From: Ylistrum balloti
Lineage: Eukaryota
Direction of reading: 5' to 3'
Length of the DNA: 64,000 nucleotides
NCBI RefSeq assembly: GCF_031769215.1
Contig: NW_026782247.1
Span: 310,001 to 374,000 of the forward strand
Shown one piece after another: positions 49,871 through 62,040 of the stretch (positions are counted from its first letter, which is position 1; every line of letters starts with the position of its first letter). The notes under the pieces were generated by a model. The model made no database searches. It had not been told where the DNA came from and was given only the letters and a program-made list of their open reading frames with translations. The translations under genes were made by a program, and so were the position numbers.

Positions 49871-52800
49871 CCTGAGGCTCTGTTGTACAGAGGGTGTTTT
49901 TTGTTTTCAATTCATCTCATCCTGATACACTTACTGTAGCAATGGGAGGTGCAGCACAAATAGCAATGGGAGATAACTCATGTGTTAATACATCAGATTG
50001 AGGTTGTTTAGACTAACTCTTTTATATTGTCAATCTTTGTGTACTTTGTCATATAGTAAAAATTGGGAAGGGATAAGTTAATAAACAGGGGAGGTAACTC
50101 ACACATTTTTTGTACTTTCTATGAACAAAAGTGGAAATTTCAATATGTAAGCTTTGTAGCATAAAAAAATGCATACAAGTATAAATGGGTTATTAAACCT
50201 AGAGGTTGAAAGCATGACCAACAGCGTTACATTATTGATGTTGAATTCGACTAATTGATTCTGGAAACAATCTTATACTCAGTTTAATCCTGTAGGAGAA
50301 AAATTATGCTTAAATTTTTTAATGTAAAATGGCTGTGGGAGCTATCAGAATTTTATCATTATTTATAACATTACACACAGAGGATAGAAAAAAAGGGAAA
50401 AATGTCTGGTTTAGATTTTCACACCAAAAAGAACAAAATTAGTAGCATAGAACCTTGTTCTGGGGAGCCAGTCCATTAGTCAGATTGATTAATGTGTGTA
50501 ATAATTATACCAGGGTTGAGGAGATGATGAACTGACTGTCAGATAATAAAACTTCTTTAGACCGTTTCTTCACAGGTGTTTAGGTCTAATGGGAACACGG
50601 AAGATTTCTAGATCTGTTTTGACTTTTACATATTCTTTATGTGAGACTGATGTAGTGTTTTCCTTGTTGATTGTTTCAAGGACCTATATTTTTTTTTAAG
50701 AAATAATAGATTTTTTTCCCATGAACCAATTTAAACTTAAACGGGTGTTATTTATAGCACATCGAGGGAAAACCCATGAAATTTCATTTAAAAAAGTCAA
50801 AAAAGGTCCCTAGGGTCTGTAAGATGGCATAGTTAATGTACCGAGTCATGGATGTAAGACAGGGTTCACTGCTTCATTTAAAAAAATCTTTCAAAACAAT
50901 ATTTTCTTTGATGTAAATGTTATGTTGAATCTTTTTAAACCTGTTCTGCAGGTTATTCAGATCAAAGAGCATTTTAATGAAATAACCAATGGGTGTCTAG
51001 GAAAAGTATTCTATGTTTAGTCAGCTTTGTTATATATTTCTTTTAGAGTGTTACGGTGTTAGTCGTAAGTATAGAAATAAAATCTCATCATTAATATCTC
51101 AATGATTTGTCAACTTAACATGTTAGTGAATAACAACTCCCCCCTCCCTCAAACTTTTCAAACGTTAAAAATAATAGTTTTTATTCCCTTTCCATATCAA
51201 ATTCAGTATTAAATTATAATTGATTTTTTTTCCAATGAAAAGTTAAGATAATTAGGCTCTGAATGTTTGTAAATCTCTCAATCACTTATAAAGAAAATAT
51301 ATATAAACTACACAACATAGTGATTGAGAGGGTGGGAAGATATTTGGATTAGTGTGATAGCAGTTATAACTAGTTATATCTCTTGAAAAGTGAATTGTGG
51401 GATGGATGTCTGATTGACCCGCGCCTAGTTTTAATCAAATCAAGGTTTAGAAATAATGTTTGTTTACTGGGAGGAAATTAAATTAAAGAAATGTCCTTCT
51501 GAATACAAGTGCAGTCTGTTCCCAAAAGACCAGTGATAGAGTTTGGTTAAGCTAGCTTGATTGTTGTGCTATAAGCCAGATGCCTAAAAACACAAAACTT
51601 CTAATGCCAATAGGTGGAATTTCGTTGAAATCAAGGTCATCCTAGTGTCCGATAAATCAGCATTAAGGACATGTGGTTGAAGGTTGTGAATAAATCTTGG
51701 TCAGTTAAAAGCATGAACTGAAGCCATTAACCTAGCAGGTACATAAACATGGTGGATTTGATGCTTGTAAGTCAATAAAGGTCTATTACTGTAGTTTTCT
51801 GGTTAGCATTACAGATCCAGATTCCATTTACACTACAAATCACTGCAGTAAAGTGTGTACACAAGGTGTACTAGAGGGCTTGTAGTGGACTTGTTGTGGT
51901 GTTCAGCCAGAAGGTTGGGGGGGTTATAGACTATTAAACATTCTACAGGCAAATATTACATTTTCCTTTCCATTTTTAAGACCTGTTTATTTTTACTTTT
52001 GTTGATTTGTACTGTAAAAGTTATTTTAGAGGGGTTACGATTTTTTCTCTATTTGAGAATCTATGTATAAAAATAGAATATATTCATACATTCATTAAAT
52101 TACATGATAAACACCTGCATTTTAGTTACAAATTTTAGGTAAAATACTTCAATAAAGTAAATAAAACAGGAGATATGCCCAAGTTTGATATTAAAATGCT
52201 TTTTGAAGATTAATGTAGCAAATATCTTTTGAAATTGTTTTCAGCATTTTCATTTACTTGTCTGACTCTAGGTAAATGTGCACATACATATCTTATCAAA
52301 CAATACTTGTGTAACCAGGAACATTTCCAAAATTCATCATGCTTTCCTGATTGCTCACTCCCCACTCCTCCCCCCCAACCCCTAAAAAAAGGGGAAAAAA
52401 GGATTTTCTGGAATTTCTTTTGAATTTTGTGGAATTCAGAAAGACACATCTTTTATTTTTTTTAATTTCATTAAAGGAATGAAAAAACATTTGATTTGTG
52501 TGTAAAGTAAGAAAGTCTAACTGATGAAACATCTTGAACAACAGTATCAGCCATTCTTTGTTAGTAAGTCTGAAGGTTTCAAGAAACTTTGGCAAACACT
52601 TTCCAATCTAGAGTGTGAAATGATTGAACTCCAGAGTTTTTCCATGAGTTTTAATATGTTTAGAAATATAAATCTTGGATTTTTTTCTTTTTTCAATGTC
52701 TGCTGGTGATAATTCTAAATTCCAGTAATTTTTTTTTCTCTGTGTAATCAAATTTAGAAAAAAAGGATAATGAAGTGAATTTGGCACGGTGTCCTTAACT

Positions 52801-53574
52801 TGGTATATATCCTGACAGGGTGCAATTACGATACTTTTATTCGACAATTTTTATTAAAACTGTGTGAGGGTTATCTCCCCTTACAAAAATGTGAATTCAA
52901 AATTACAGATCGATAGTACTCTGGTCAGATTCATTGATAAATGAAATTGACTAAGCATTATAGTTTTAATCCGAGTCCAACTTAGTAGAAATTTGAAATA
53001 TATTTAAGCGAAATATTGAATTCTTAACTTTTTTTTTCAGCTTGACCTTTAATTAGATTCGGCATGAATACAGCTTTGGTCACATGTCCTTAGTGTGTGA
53101 TGATAATCTAGTTTAAAAATTTTATTCCATTTGTTGTGTTATATGAGGGCTGAACTGAACTTTTGGTAAGTTCAGTGATATCAGCCGAGTTTTGTCAATC
53201 GCTGAATTAGCTCACATGAAATTTAGATAGATACTTTGTCTTTATACATTTAACTATTTAGCGAAGCAATCATTTCTTTAACTTCCATTTTGGATTCAAT
53301 AGAGTGCTATCGTCATGATGCATATTTGGGACCGAAAGCTTGAAAATTGTGATGAATTTGTTTATCATTAATTTTTTCCTGAGCACACATACAACCTTGA
53401 CTGTTTTAAGGATGTCTAATGGTGATTGATAATATTTGTGAATTTCATTCAGGCAAAGAAAGTAATATTGATCTCCTTATTAAAGATTTAAATTGCTGAA
53501 ATTTCTGTTATAAAAAGATGCCTTTTTGTTCTTTATTTGGTGTATGGTGAAGATAATTAACTATATTTGTATTT

Positions 53575-53795
53575 AAATGTCACTAAATCTGTATTTAAAA
53601 ATCATTAAATCAGCAATTGGAAGTCACTAAATCTGCTTTTGATAGACACTAGATTTGCATTTGAAAGACACTAATCTATATTTAAAAGTCACAAAAACTT
53701 TTTGAAAATCACGAAATCTACATTTAGAAAATCACTAAATCTGTATTTGAAAGTCACTAAATCTGTATTTGAAAGTCACTTAATCAGCATTTAAG
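53575..53795. repeat. Degenerate 21-22-bp tandem repeat (AAGTCACTAAATCTGTATTTGA), about 10 copies
   Basis: Recurrent cactaaatct spaced about 22 bp apart. Confidence 0.85.
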
Positions 53796-54244
53796 AGGAA
53801 CTGCCTTCCCACTCTTGTGTCACTTATATTGTCTGTTGATTTGGGACGATCATAACTGTGCCGTTAATGATTTGTCTTTGGGGAGACTGATGTTTGCTCC
53901 TGGCCTTGAATAGATCCGTTGGAATATTTCTGTCTAAGTGCTTGATTCAGAGACGTCTCGAGTTTTGCTTCAAGATTATCACGATGATCTAAAAATGTTT
54001 TTGTCGTGGTCAATATGTCTGAACAGTCTTATCGGATAGTCTTATCTGTGTCTGCAGGCCAAAACTCATTGAAACACATGGTCAATCATATTCCTTTATT
54101 TCTATCAACAAATCCATCTTCCCTAAACAGATATACAGATAGACCAGTCTGAAGTGATAAAGCTTGTGTCAACTTAAACCAGCTAGCAAAAGAATTTCAA
54201 AATGCTTGGACACAGTTTCAGAAATTTTACCTTTTGATAAAACA

Positions 54245-54386
54245 GAGTTATCTGCTCTTTTGCGCAGGTATTCGTTGTAACATTTTTTTTGTGTGTAATT
54301 ATATAAATTTGTGATAAAACGACATAATTTTCTCATACAAGCCGAAGATGTAAAGGTCAATACCTGTTAACAAGAGCAGATAACTC
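54245..54386. mobile_element. Small inverted-repeat-bounded element (MITE-like), copy 2
   Basis: GAGTTATCTGCTCTTTTGCGCAGGTATT ... AACAAGAGCAGATAACTC. Homologous to 6506-6650, including the downstream ..ACAAAAA..A.AATATTC flank. Confidence 0.55.
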
Positions 54387-57300
54387 TACATCACAAAAAG
54401 ACAGAATATTCAAACTCATGATAGAAAAAAAGCAACCTTGTACAGTAAGTAATGAGCCTGTGCCTGGAGATAGACCAACCAACATCCATGGCTGAACCTA
54501 ATTGTTTTCAACTCCAAATACACCAAGATTTCATCAGACAGGATAACAGCCACGAAATTCTATCAAGAATTTTGCTGAAGTTATATTTTTACACTGGCTT
54601 ATCTTCCCTTAGTTTTAAGCCTTAGAATCAGACAGAGATCAAAAGTTTTAATCTTATTTTGCCTTCCAAAATTGTAGGTTCTAGAGACACCAGCCAGTCT
54701 ATAGCTGTTAAACAGTGTTCTCTGATAGTTTCGGATTTGTGATGTAGTGATGTAACATAACAACAAACGTCATGTCTGAAGATAAATCCTATATCATTAA
54801 CGAGAATTGGTGTATCTTCTAACGAAACGTTACACTGAGTTCTATTATCTACCACCCAATCGTCAAGTTGGCCTGGATTCCGTAAGCCATAGGGATATGT
54901 TTCCACAGAGTGTGTGTACATCCGCCAGTTTGGACATGAATGTCCATCAACATTTCCGGTAGAATGACTATAGAGAAAGCAGAATTCCAATTAACAGTGC
55001 AAAAATAAACCCAATATACAAATCTTACGTCAAAACCTTGCCTCGTTGTTTGAAATTTAATAATGTCATTAAATTTTTATGTGTAAATTATATCTTAAAG
55101 TACAGTTCTATCTGAAACTCACATTGGAATGAAAATAAAAGTGTTAGAAGCCAATGTAATGAATGTCAGCAACGGGAGGGAAACAGTGTGGCTGACATAC
55201 GGAATGTCTTGTTACAAAGTGGAATGGATTTTAGAGAAAGATGGGGTCATTATGCACCTGTTTAGATAGAAAGGAGATTAATCCAATTGACAATGAAAGA
55301 AATGTCTTATGTATTCTCATTCTCCGTTTTACGGAGCACTAAAGTCCATTTTATATTGCCGAGCCAGTAGAAAAGAATTAGGATTTGGCAATGTCTTGTA
55401 CTGTGATTAAGTCATTTTGAAACACAAGTTTGAAAATCACTTATTTATAGGCAATGTGATACTATTTGTTTTAAAGAATTATACTCTAAATGCCAAATTT
55501 CTGATAAAGATTGTCACTCTGTAAACTCCTTCTCAATCTCACCAGCTGACACACTGTAGTGGGGTGGACCTTATACAGGCAGTCGTCTGTCACCCTTATC
55601 AGGGCTGTTCCACTTCGAGACCAGAGAAAATACAACATATATCTCATTCGTCCTTCTCCAGTTCCTCCTTAAAATCTGTGAAGGATGTGTTTGTCATGAA
55701 CTTGATGAATATATTTACTGCTAAACAGGTGGGTCTGCTTCATGATAAAACAACTCCTAGATTTCAAGTATTTCCTGGGATGTTAACTCTGACCCTTGAC
55801 CTATGATGTCATGACCTTGTATGACCTGATTATCATGACATTATGCCATGAGGTGTGGTATCCAAGTAATTCTTCTTTTAATTGTATTTAGCCAGTACTA
55901 AGCCCATACCTACTGATATGCCCACCCAGTGTTTTAGTGTTCAGTACATTTAATTACTTATCCTGTAAAAGTTGTCATATTCGAGGGATGGAACCAAATA
56001 TGTGAAATTTAGATACCATAAAAATAAATTTGAAAGAAAAGCTGTATTTTATTTTATGACTATGAAAAAATGCTTCCCTTTTTTTCTTCAAGATTTTGTT
56101 AAAACAAAAAATTTGGACCCTCAGCAAAAAAATTCTTTACAACTTAATTTACTGTAACAAGACCACAATGTGACTTTGAGCCAGTAGTTACTGATAGCAA
56201 CTCAAGCAGCATTGGTTTTGATTATAAAACTCTTTTTATCGGAGTCAAACATGTAAATATATCTGTACTGTTTATTTAAAGAATATGACCCCAGGATATA
56301 AAAACAGATTTAGTTAAACCATGATTCATGTATCTTCAGTATCTTGTAGAGGTAAGAACTTTGGCGTATTTTATCTAATGTTTATCAATTATACAAATAA
56401 ATATCATTATAAACAACACATGTCTCTATCAGAATCATTCTGCATTGTGTAATAAAATATGGCCACTTTCCAACAAAGCTGATAAATGTGTAGCTTCGAA
56501 TAGCAAGAAACTCGGTTTTAAAGATACAGCAGAACTTTTGACAGATGTGTAGCTTCCAGTAGCATGAAACTGGATATTAAGGATACAATTTAACTTGTTC
56601 TCAAACAGTAGCTGTTGATTCTTGTTCACTTTAATAAATATTTCTGCTCTGCCTACTGTGGAAAGATGAGATTGGCATATCCATGTTAACAGTTAGCGAC
56701 AATGAAACAAGGGAGAAGTCAGTTTTTACAGTGAAGGATATGAACTGCCATTTTATTCAATTTGTTTATAGATTTTGAACTGTTGTAGCAAAAGAGTTTT
56801 TATTTTGTACAAATAGGTTAAAGGGTTTTATGTTTTAATAGTATTAGTACCTTTCTGTTAATACGCCCACCCATGTATCAAATGCTTTTTTGATTGTTCT
56901 GTTATAAGCCCATCCCTCATTTCTGTTGGTCCCCAGCTGGGATTATTAATCAGTAATTGTGCATGATGTAGTAATGCAAGGGAGCAGTCATTTTCTGAAA
57001 AGGTATTCTATGTGTAGCATAAGTCTGATGTATATGGAACAGCCATTTCTTTGACTTACAGCAGTTTGTTCCCATAAAAATGTTGATGAGGTTGCAGGTT
57101 TCAGCAAGTTTAGAGTGAAGCATACCCATCATTTAGGTAATGTTTATGATCGATAATCATTTGGCACAGTTTCATGCAACAGCTTTTTGTATATTTCTTC
57201 ACTCAGGTTTTATTGCAGTAATCCTGTGTTATGTAGATGGTATGTTTTGTGAATCATGTGTTATGTGAGAATACGGCCTGTAACATTTTGCAATTTTTTT

Positions 57301-59266
57301 CATGACAAGTTATTGTAAATAAGGATTATAGTTACACATTTGTTGAAATCATGACATGACAAAAAACAAATAAAGCATGCCATTCCTGATCAGATCAGCC
57401 TCCTGCTGATCCAAGCATGTAATTGATCTTCATAAGATGAAGCCTTCTGTTGACCCTGATTGTCTTTCTGGTGTCAGTGTTTACGAGGACCTGAAGTGAT
57501 TAGTCGATGAAGACATCACACTTACTTGGAAGTAAACTTTTATTACGGTTCTCTGTACAGGAAAGTCTTCAAAGGATTCAAACATTTTATAGATGTCATA
57601 AAAGATTCCAGGTGATGGATAATCTTTATACTGTTGGTTTTAATAGCCATTGATTCAGTGTGGTAGCTAGCCAGGTATTGATTACCAGTAGGTGTTCAAT
57701 CTTCTTTTTAGTAGGTTATAAATTACTCTATAAAATGGATATATATGAGAAAATATATCGGAATTAAGGCCTACATTTAAATTCATTTGTTGTGTATATT
57801 GACAATATCTGTGATACTCCTGACTTCATGCTGAAGATGTTTCTTTAATCAGTTAGAAAAAGAGCGAAAAAGATATTAATGTTCTATTCATGTTGTTTTT
57901 TAAGATGGTTCAATTTTATAAAATCTTGAAGCAAAAAATTTACATTTCTTAGTTAGTGTCATGATATATAAAATATTTCCTGTATACAGAAGTTGTTTGA
58001 AAATGTACATAAACAATTACCGTGCCAAGTCTTATGGCATTTTAAACATTCTACCACTGCAGCAGGATTCTTCACCACTCTTTACAGAGAAGCTGAAGCA
58101 ATATTGGGTCTTGTAGAAGGCTTTGTTAAGGTCATAAATTTTCTGATGTAATGATTTTGTTTCAAATTTCAACAAGAATTGATTATGCCTTACAAATGGT
58201 TCATGTCAGGTTGAAAATGTATCACTTCTGTACAACAATCTGTAATTAATGTTAGCAAATCTAATTGGTTGGGAGATTTACTTTTCCAATTTTAACATAT
58301 AAATTAGAAGTGATGTGTTTTCAGGGGTTACAGGTGTGAATAGCAAACATTAAGTATTGAAGGTTTTGGTTAATTCGAAGGTGTTACATGTCAAAGTGGA
58401 ATGTTAACTGGACTAGGATTGGATAAAAAAATATCTTATACAGGCGAAAATTACTTTGTTCCATTATTGATGTACAGGTGGGCAACTCATTCCCAATTAA
58501 CTTAAACACCTGGCAGATAATGATCAAGAGTTACTTCCCTTGGTGATGAAATCATTGGATATTTCGGTTGGTCTCCTGAATGGCCTAAAGTTTAAAACAG
58601 CAGATCAAAAACCTGGTAAATGAATAAAAATATGAACTGCTTATAAGGTTTTGTTAACTTTTCTAAAAAAAACAAAATAAAAATGGCAAGGATTTAGTTT
58701 TTTCTCCAACACAAAAAAATATTGATAATCAGGCAATGAGTAGGTGAGCACATTTGTATTCATGGTGATTTTGCTCTGGAAGCAATCAAACTCTTGGTAC
58801 TGATAGTGATAAATACTGTCTTTTCTGGAATTATTTAATGGAAAAATGAAATATATATCGGGGGATGCTAGAACTAACCTACATAACAGAAGTAGGTCCC
58901 TAAAGTATCGGGGTTAAGTATTTTTTGTAGTATGCTAAATGATTTTATCATTTTAAATTATTTTCCAGATGACATTTTCCTTCTGTAATTGGTCAAAGTT
59001 GTATAAATAAAGTTATAATCTCATTGAAAACCAGGTAGATATTAATTGTATAACTACAGGTGCTTGGTGTTCGGGTTTTGTCCTAGTATTGTTGGTGGGC
59101 CACTTTCCTCTAATTAGCCCCTGTTTGATTTGTTTCCTGAGGTATCAGCATGGTCTTAATTTTCTGATCAACTTTATCTCTGTCAGGACCCCATGGGCCA
59201 GCACTAAAACATGGACTGGACCTTATAGACAGGAGATCTTCCTGAAAGAATCCTGGCAGTTACTGT

Positions 59267-59454
59267 AAACATTATTTATTTTACAACAGTTGCAAAACAA
59301 GTTATTTCAACTTATACTAATCACTCTTGTTGGCCTGGATGTAAGTGCATGAGGGATGATATTGTGGGAGGAAATCAGAGTACACGGGGAAAACTCAAAT
59401 GGTCAGGCAGGTGACCCTTACCTTTTCACGTCCATTCCAGGAGTCGAACCCCGC
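59267..59454 (-). mobile_element. tRNA-derived SINE, family B, 5'-truncated copy retaining the central core
   Basis: Reverse complement reads GCGGGGTTCGACTCC (B-box) ... TTTTCCCCGTGTACTCTGATTTCCTCCCACAA ... AACAAGAGTGATTAGTATAAGTTGAAATAA. Confidence 0.8.
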
Positions 59455-61194
59455 ACAAGAAACAATTCAAACAGAAGCATTTTTGTTATGGCGGGATTTT
59501 TTTAATGCTAGGTGTATAGCTGTGTTTATGTAAATAAGATAACAGTTGAATTCATGCCATCCCAGAATCAAGCCAATTATTTGACATCGACTGGAATTGT
59601 GCTATTTTTGTCCCTGGATCCTGAGCTTCTAATTCCTAAGTCCCCTATTCATTTCAATCGGTGTACACATCAAATTCAAGGTGCTAAAACTAAAACTTTA
59701 CCCTGATACACATAAATTTCCGTACTTATATCGTAATTTAAATCTGATAATTTTTGAAGTTTAATAGTTTCACCAAAACAGATTCTTTTGGCTTTTGTCA
59801 TCATAATGACCAGCTCTATATTATGATTAATGGACCCTAAGTATTTTTTCTTTTCTACTTCTTATGACAATAATAATGTCCTGTCATTGTCATTTTGTAG
59901 GTGTCGTTTTCAAAATGCTAAATTATTGTTTCATGGCTATGAGTCTAGTCTATAGTTTCCTGATTGCTCTGTATATAGACTGCCCACAGTGGGCTGGCAG
60001 AGTTATCTGTCCTGATAAATATATCAAGTCTGGTGTGATAGATAACAAGACTTACTAGGATACAATTTATGGGGGTGCTAATTTGACAAGGCACACAGGG
60101 AACTTCCTTTTGAAAGGGATATGTAAGCCTTTTTACCTACAAGGTTAATTATGCCAGGGATGGTAATTTGACAGGACACATTCAGTGTTCATTACCATTT
60201 ATTTCCTAGCTGGATTTTTATGTCTTGGACACTCGTTCTTTGCCATCTACCTACCGTGATGGCCAACTGGGGATTAAATCTATTCGAGGAATTGAAAGCT
60301 TGAGGTTTCTATTAAAAAAAGAGAGTATATTTATGTAAGAGATGAAATTTTCAATTGGGGAATCAAGGCTGTGGAACTTGTCAATTGTCATTGTAATGTT
60401 ACAGTTACATCTAGGGCAGTTTTTGTTCTGCGGGAAGTTGACATCACAGACTGTTCTGAGCTGTGATGGTTGTCCCAATTACTCTAGATAACATGATGTG
60501 GGCCTCCTGCATGATGTGCAGTTGGGTAGCTACAAACTACTACCAGAAGACACTGCCTGAATAGGACTTTGGCTGTACATGGGGTGATAAACAAAAGTAC
60601 ATTTGTAGCATTGGGTGATATGAAACTGTTAAACTTATCTATTTTTGAAAAATGATCATTAACTCCGGTTGGTGTAGATTTTCTTTGAGGGAGTTGGTGG
60701 CTGTGTGTGGGAGTATAGAATGTTGCACGTAATCTGTTACAGATAGGGATCACAAGGAGAACTTTCTTCTCCTCAAAAACCTGACACTCCCATAACTACT
60801 GGTGGTTCTTTTTCAAGGGAGTTATCTTTCCTTGATGTTTGGAAACCCAGCAGAGTTACAGATAATGAAAACCGTATAGAGAACACCTTTCTGACATCCT
60901 AAAGATGCCTGTTAAAGGGACATTTGTAAGGTCTGTCCTAATCCTGAAGTCCTACATTGAACCACCCTTCACGGTCTGAAACATTCACTTGAAGGTTTAT
61001 ACGCCTTGCTATATCAAATGTCTACCTTGTGATATAATCAGATTGGACAAGTTAACTATCTCATCATGTATAGACAATAAAAGTATCAGGAGAAATCAAA
61101 TATGACTGAGAGGTGGGGATGGAATGACCAAGTGCCCATGTCTGTGGTAGTTCATTATACACATTGAGGTTTGATGGTGAGGGGATCAGGTTGG

Positions 61195-61382
61195 AGGGTG
61201 GGGCAAGGAGGTTTAAGGGTCGGGCAAGGAGGTTTAAGGGTCGGGCAGTGGGTTTTAAGAGTGGGGCACTGAGTTTTGAGGGTGGGGCAGTGATTTTTAA
61301 GGGTGGGGCAGTGAGGTAGAAGGATGGGGCAGTGAGGTTTAAGGGTGGGGCAGTAAGGGTGGGGCAGTGAGTTTTGAGGATA
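61195..61382. repeat. G-rich repeat of about 21 bp (GGGTGGGGCAGTGAGGTTTAA), about 9 copies
   Basis: Repeating units visible directly. Confidence 0.9.
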
Positions 61383-61461
61383 GGTAATTAAGATTGAAAA
61401 TTTGGTGGTTTGGGATGCAAAAGATACCAGAATCTTTCAGGAGGTTGAGAATTATTATTGA

Positions 61462-62040
61462 GACTGAAGGTAAGAGTGGGGGAATATAGACTGAAGGTAG
61501 GGTTGGGAGAATATAGACTGAAGGTAGGGTTTGGAGAATATATAGACTGAAGTTAGGGTTTGGAGAATATATAGACTGAAGTTAGGGTTTGGAGAATACA
61601 GACTGAAGATGGGGTTTGGAGAATATAGACTGAAGTTAGGGTTTGAAGAATATAGACTGAAGGTAGGGTTGGGAGAATATAGACTGAAGGTAGGGTTTGG
61701 AGAATATAGTCAGAAGGTAGGGTTGGGAGAATATATAGACTGAAGGTAGGGTTTGGAGAATATATAGTCTGAAGGTAGGGTTTGGAGAATATATAGACTA
61801 AAGGTAGGGTTTGGAGAATATAAGTTTAAGGTAGTGTTGGGATAATATAGTGACTGAAGATGGGGTTTGGAAAATATAGACTGAAGGTAGGGTTGGGAGA
61901 ATATAGACTGAAGGTAGGGTTGGGAGAATATAGTCAGAAGGTAGGGTTTGGAGAATATAGTCAGAAGGTAGTGTTGGGAGAATATAGACTGATGGTAGGG
62001 TTGAGAGAATATATAGACTGAAGGTAGAGTTGGGAGAATA
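61462..62040. repeat. 27/29-bp minisatellite (GAAGGTAGGGTTGGGAGAATAT[AT]AGACT), about 20 copies
   Basis: Repeating units visible directly. It explains ORF 61710-62114. Confidence 0.95.

Noticed and set aside
56325-56357. 12-nt microexon (tcttCAG|TATCTTGTAGAG|GTAAGA)
   Set aside because: Weak pyrimidine tract and an internal competing AG; indistinguishable from chance.
60251-60753. Two adjacent minus-strand ORFs as a LINE fragment
   Set aside because: They are in different frames and contain no recognisable endonuclease or RT motif.
48394-62040. TTAGGG words in the 48-bp and 27-bp arrays as interstitial telomere
   Set aside because: Only isolated hexamers inside longer monomers; no (TTAGGG)n run.
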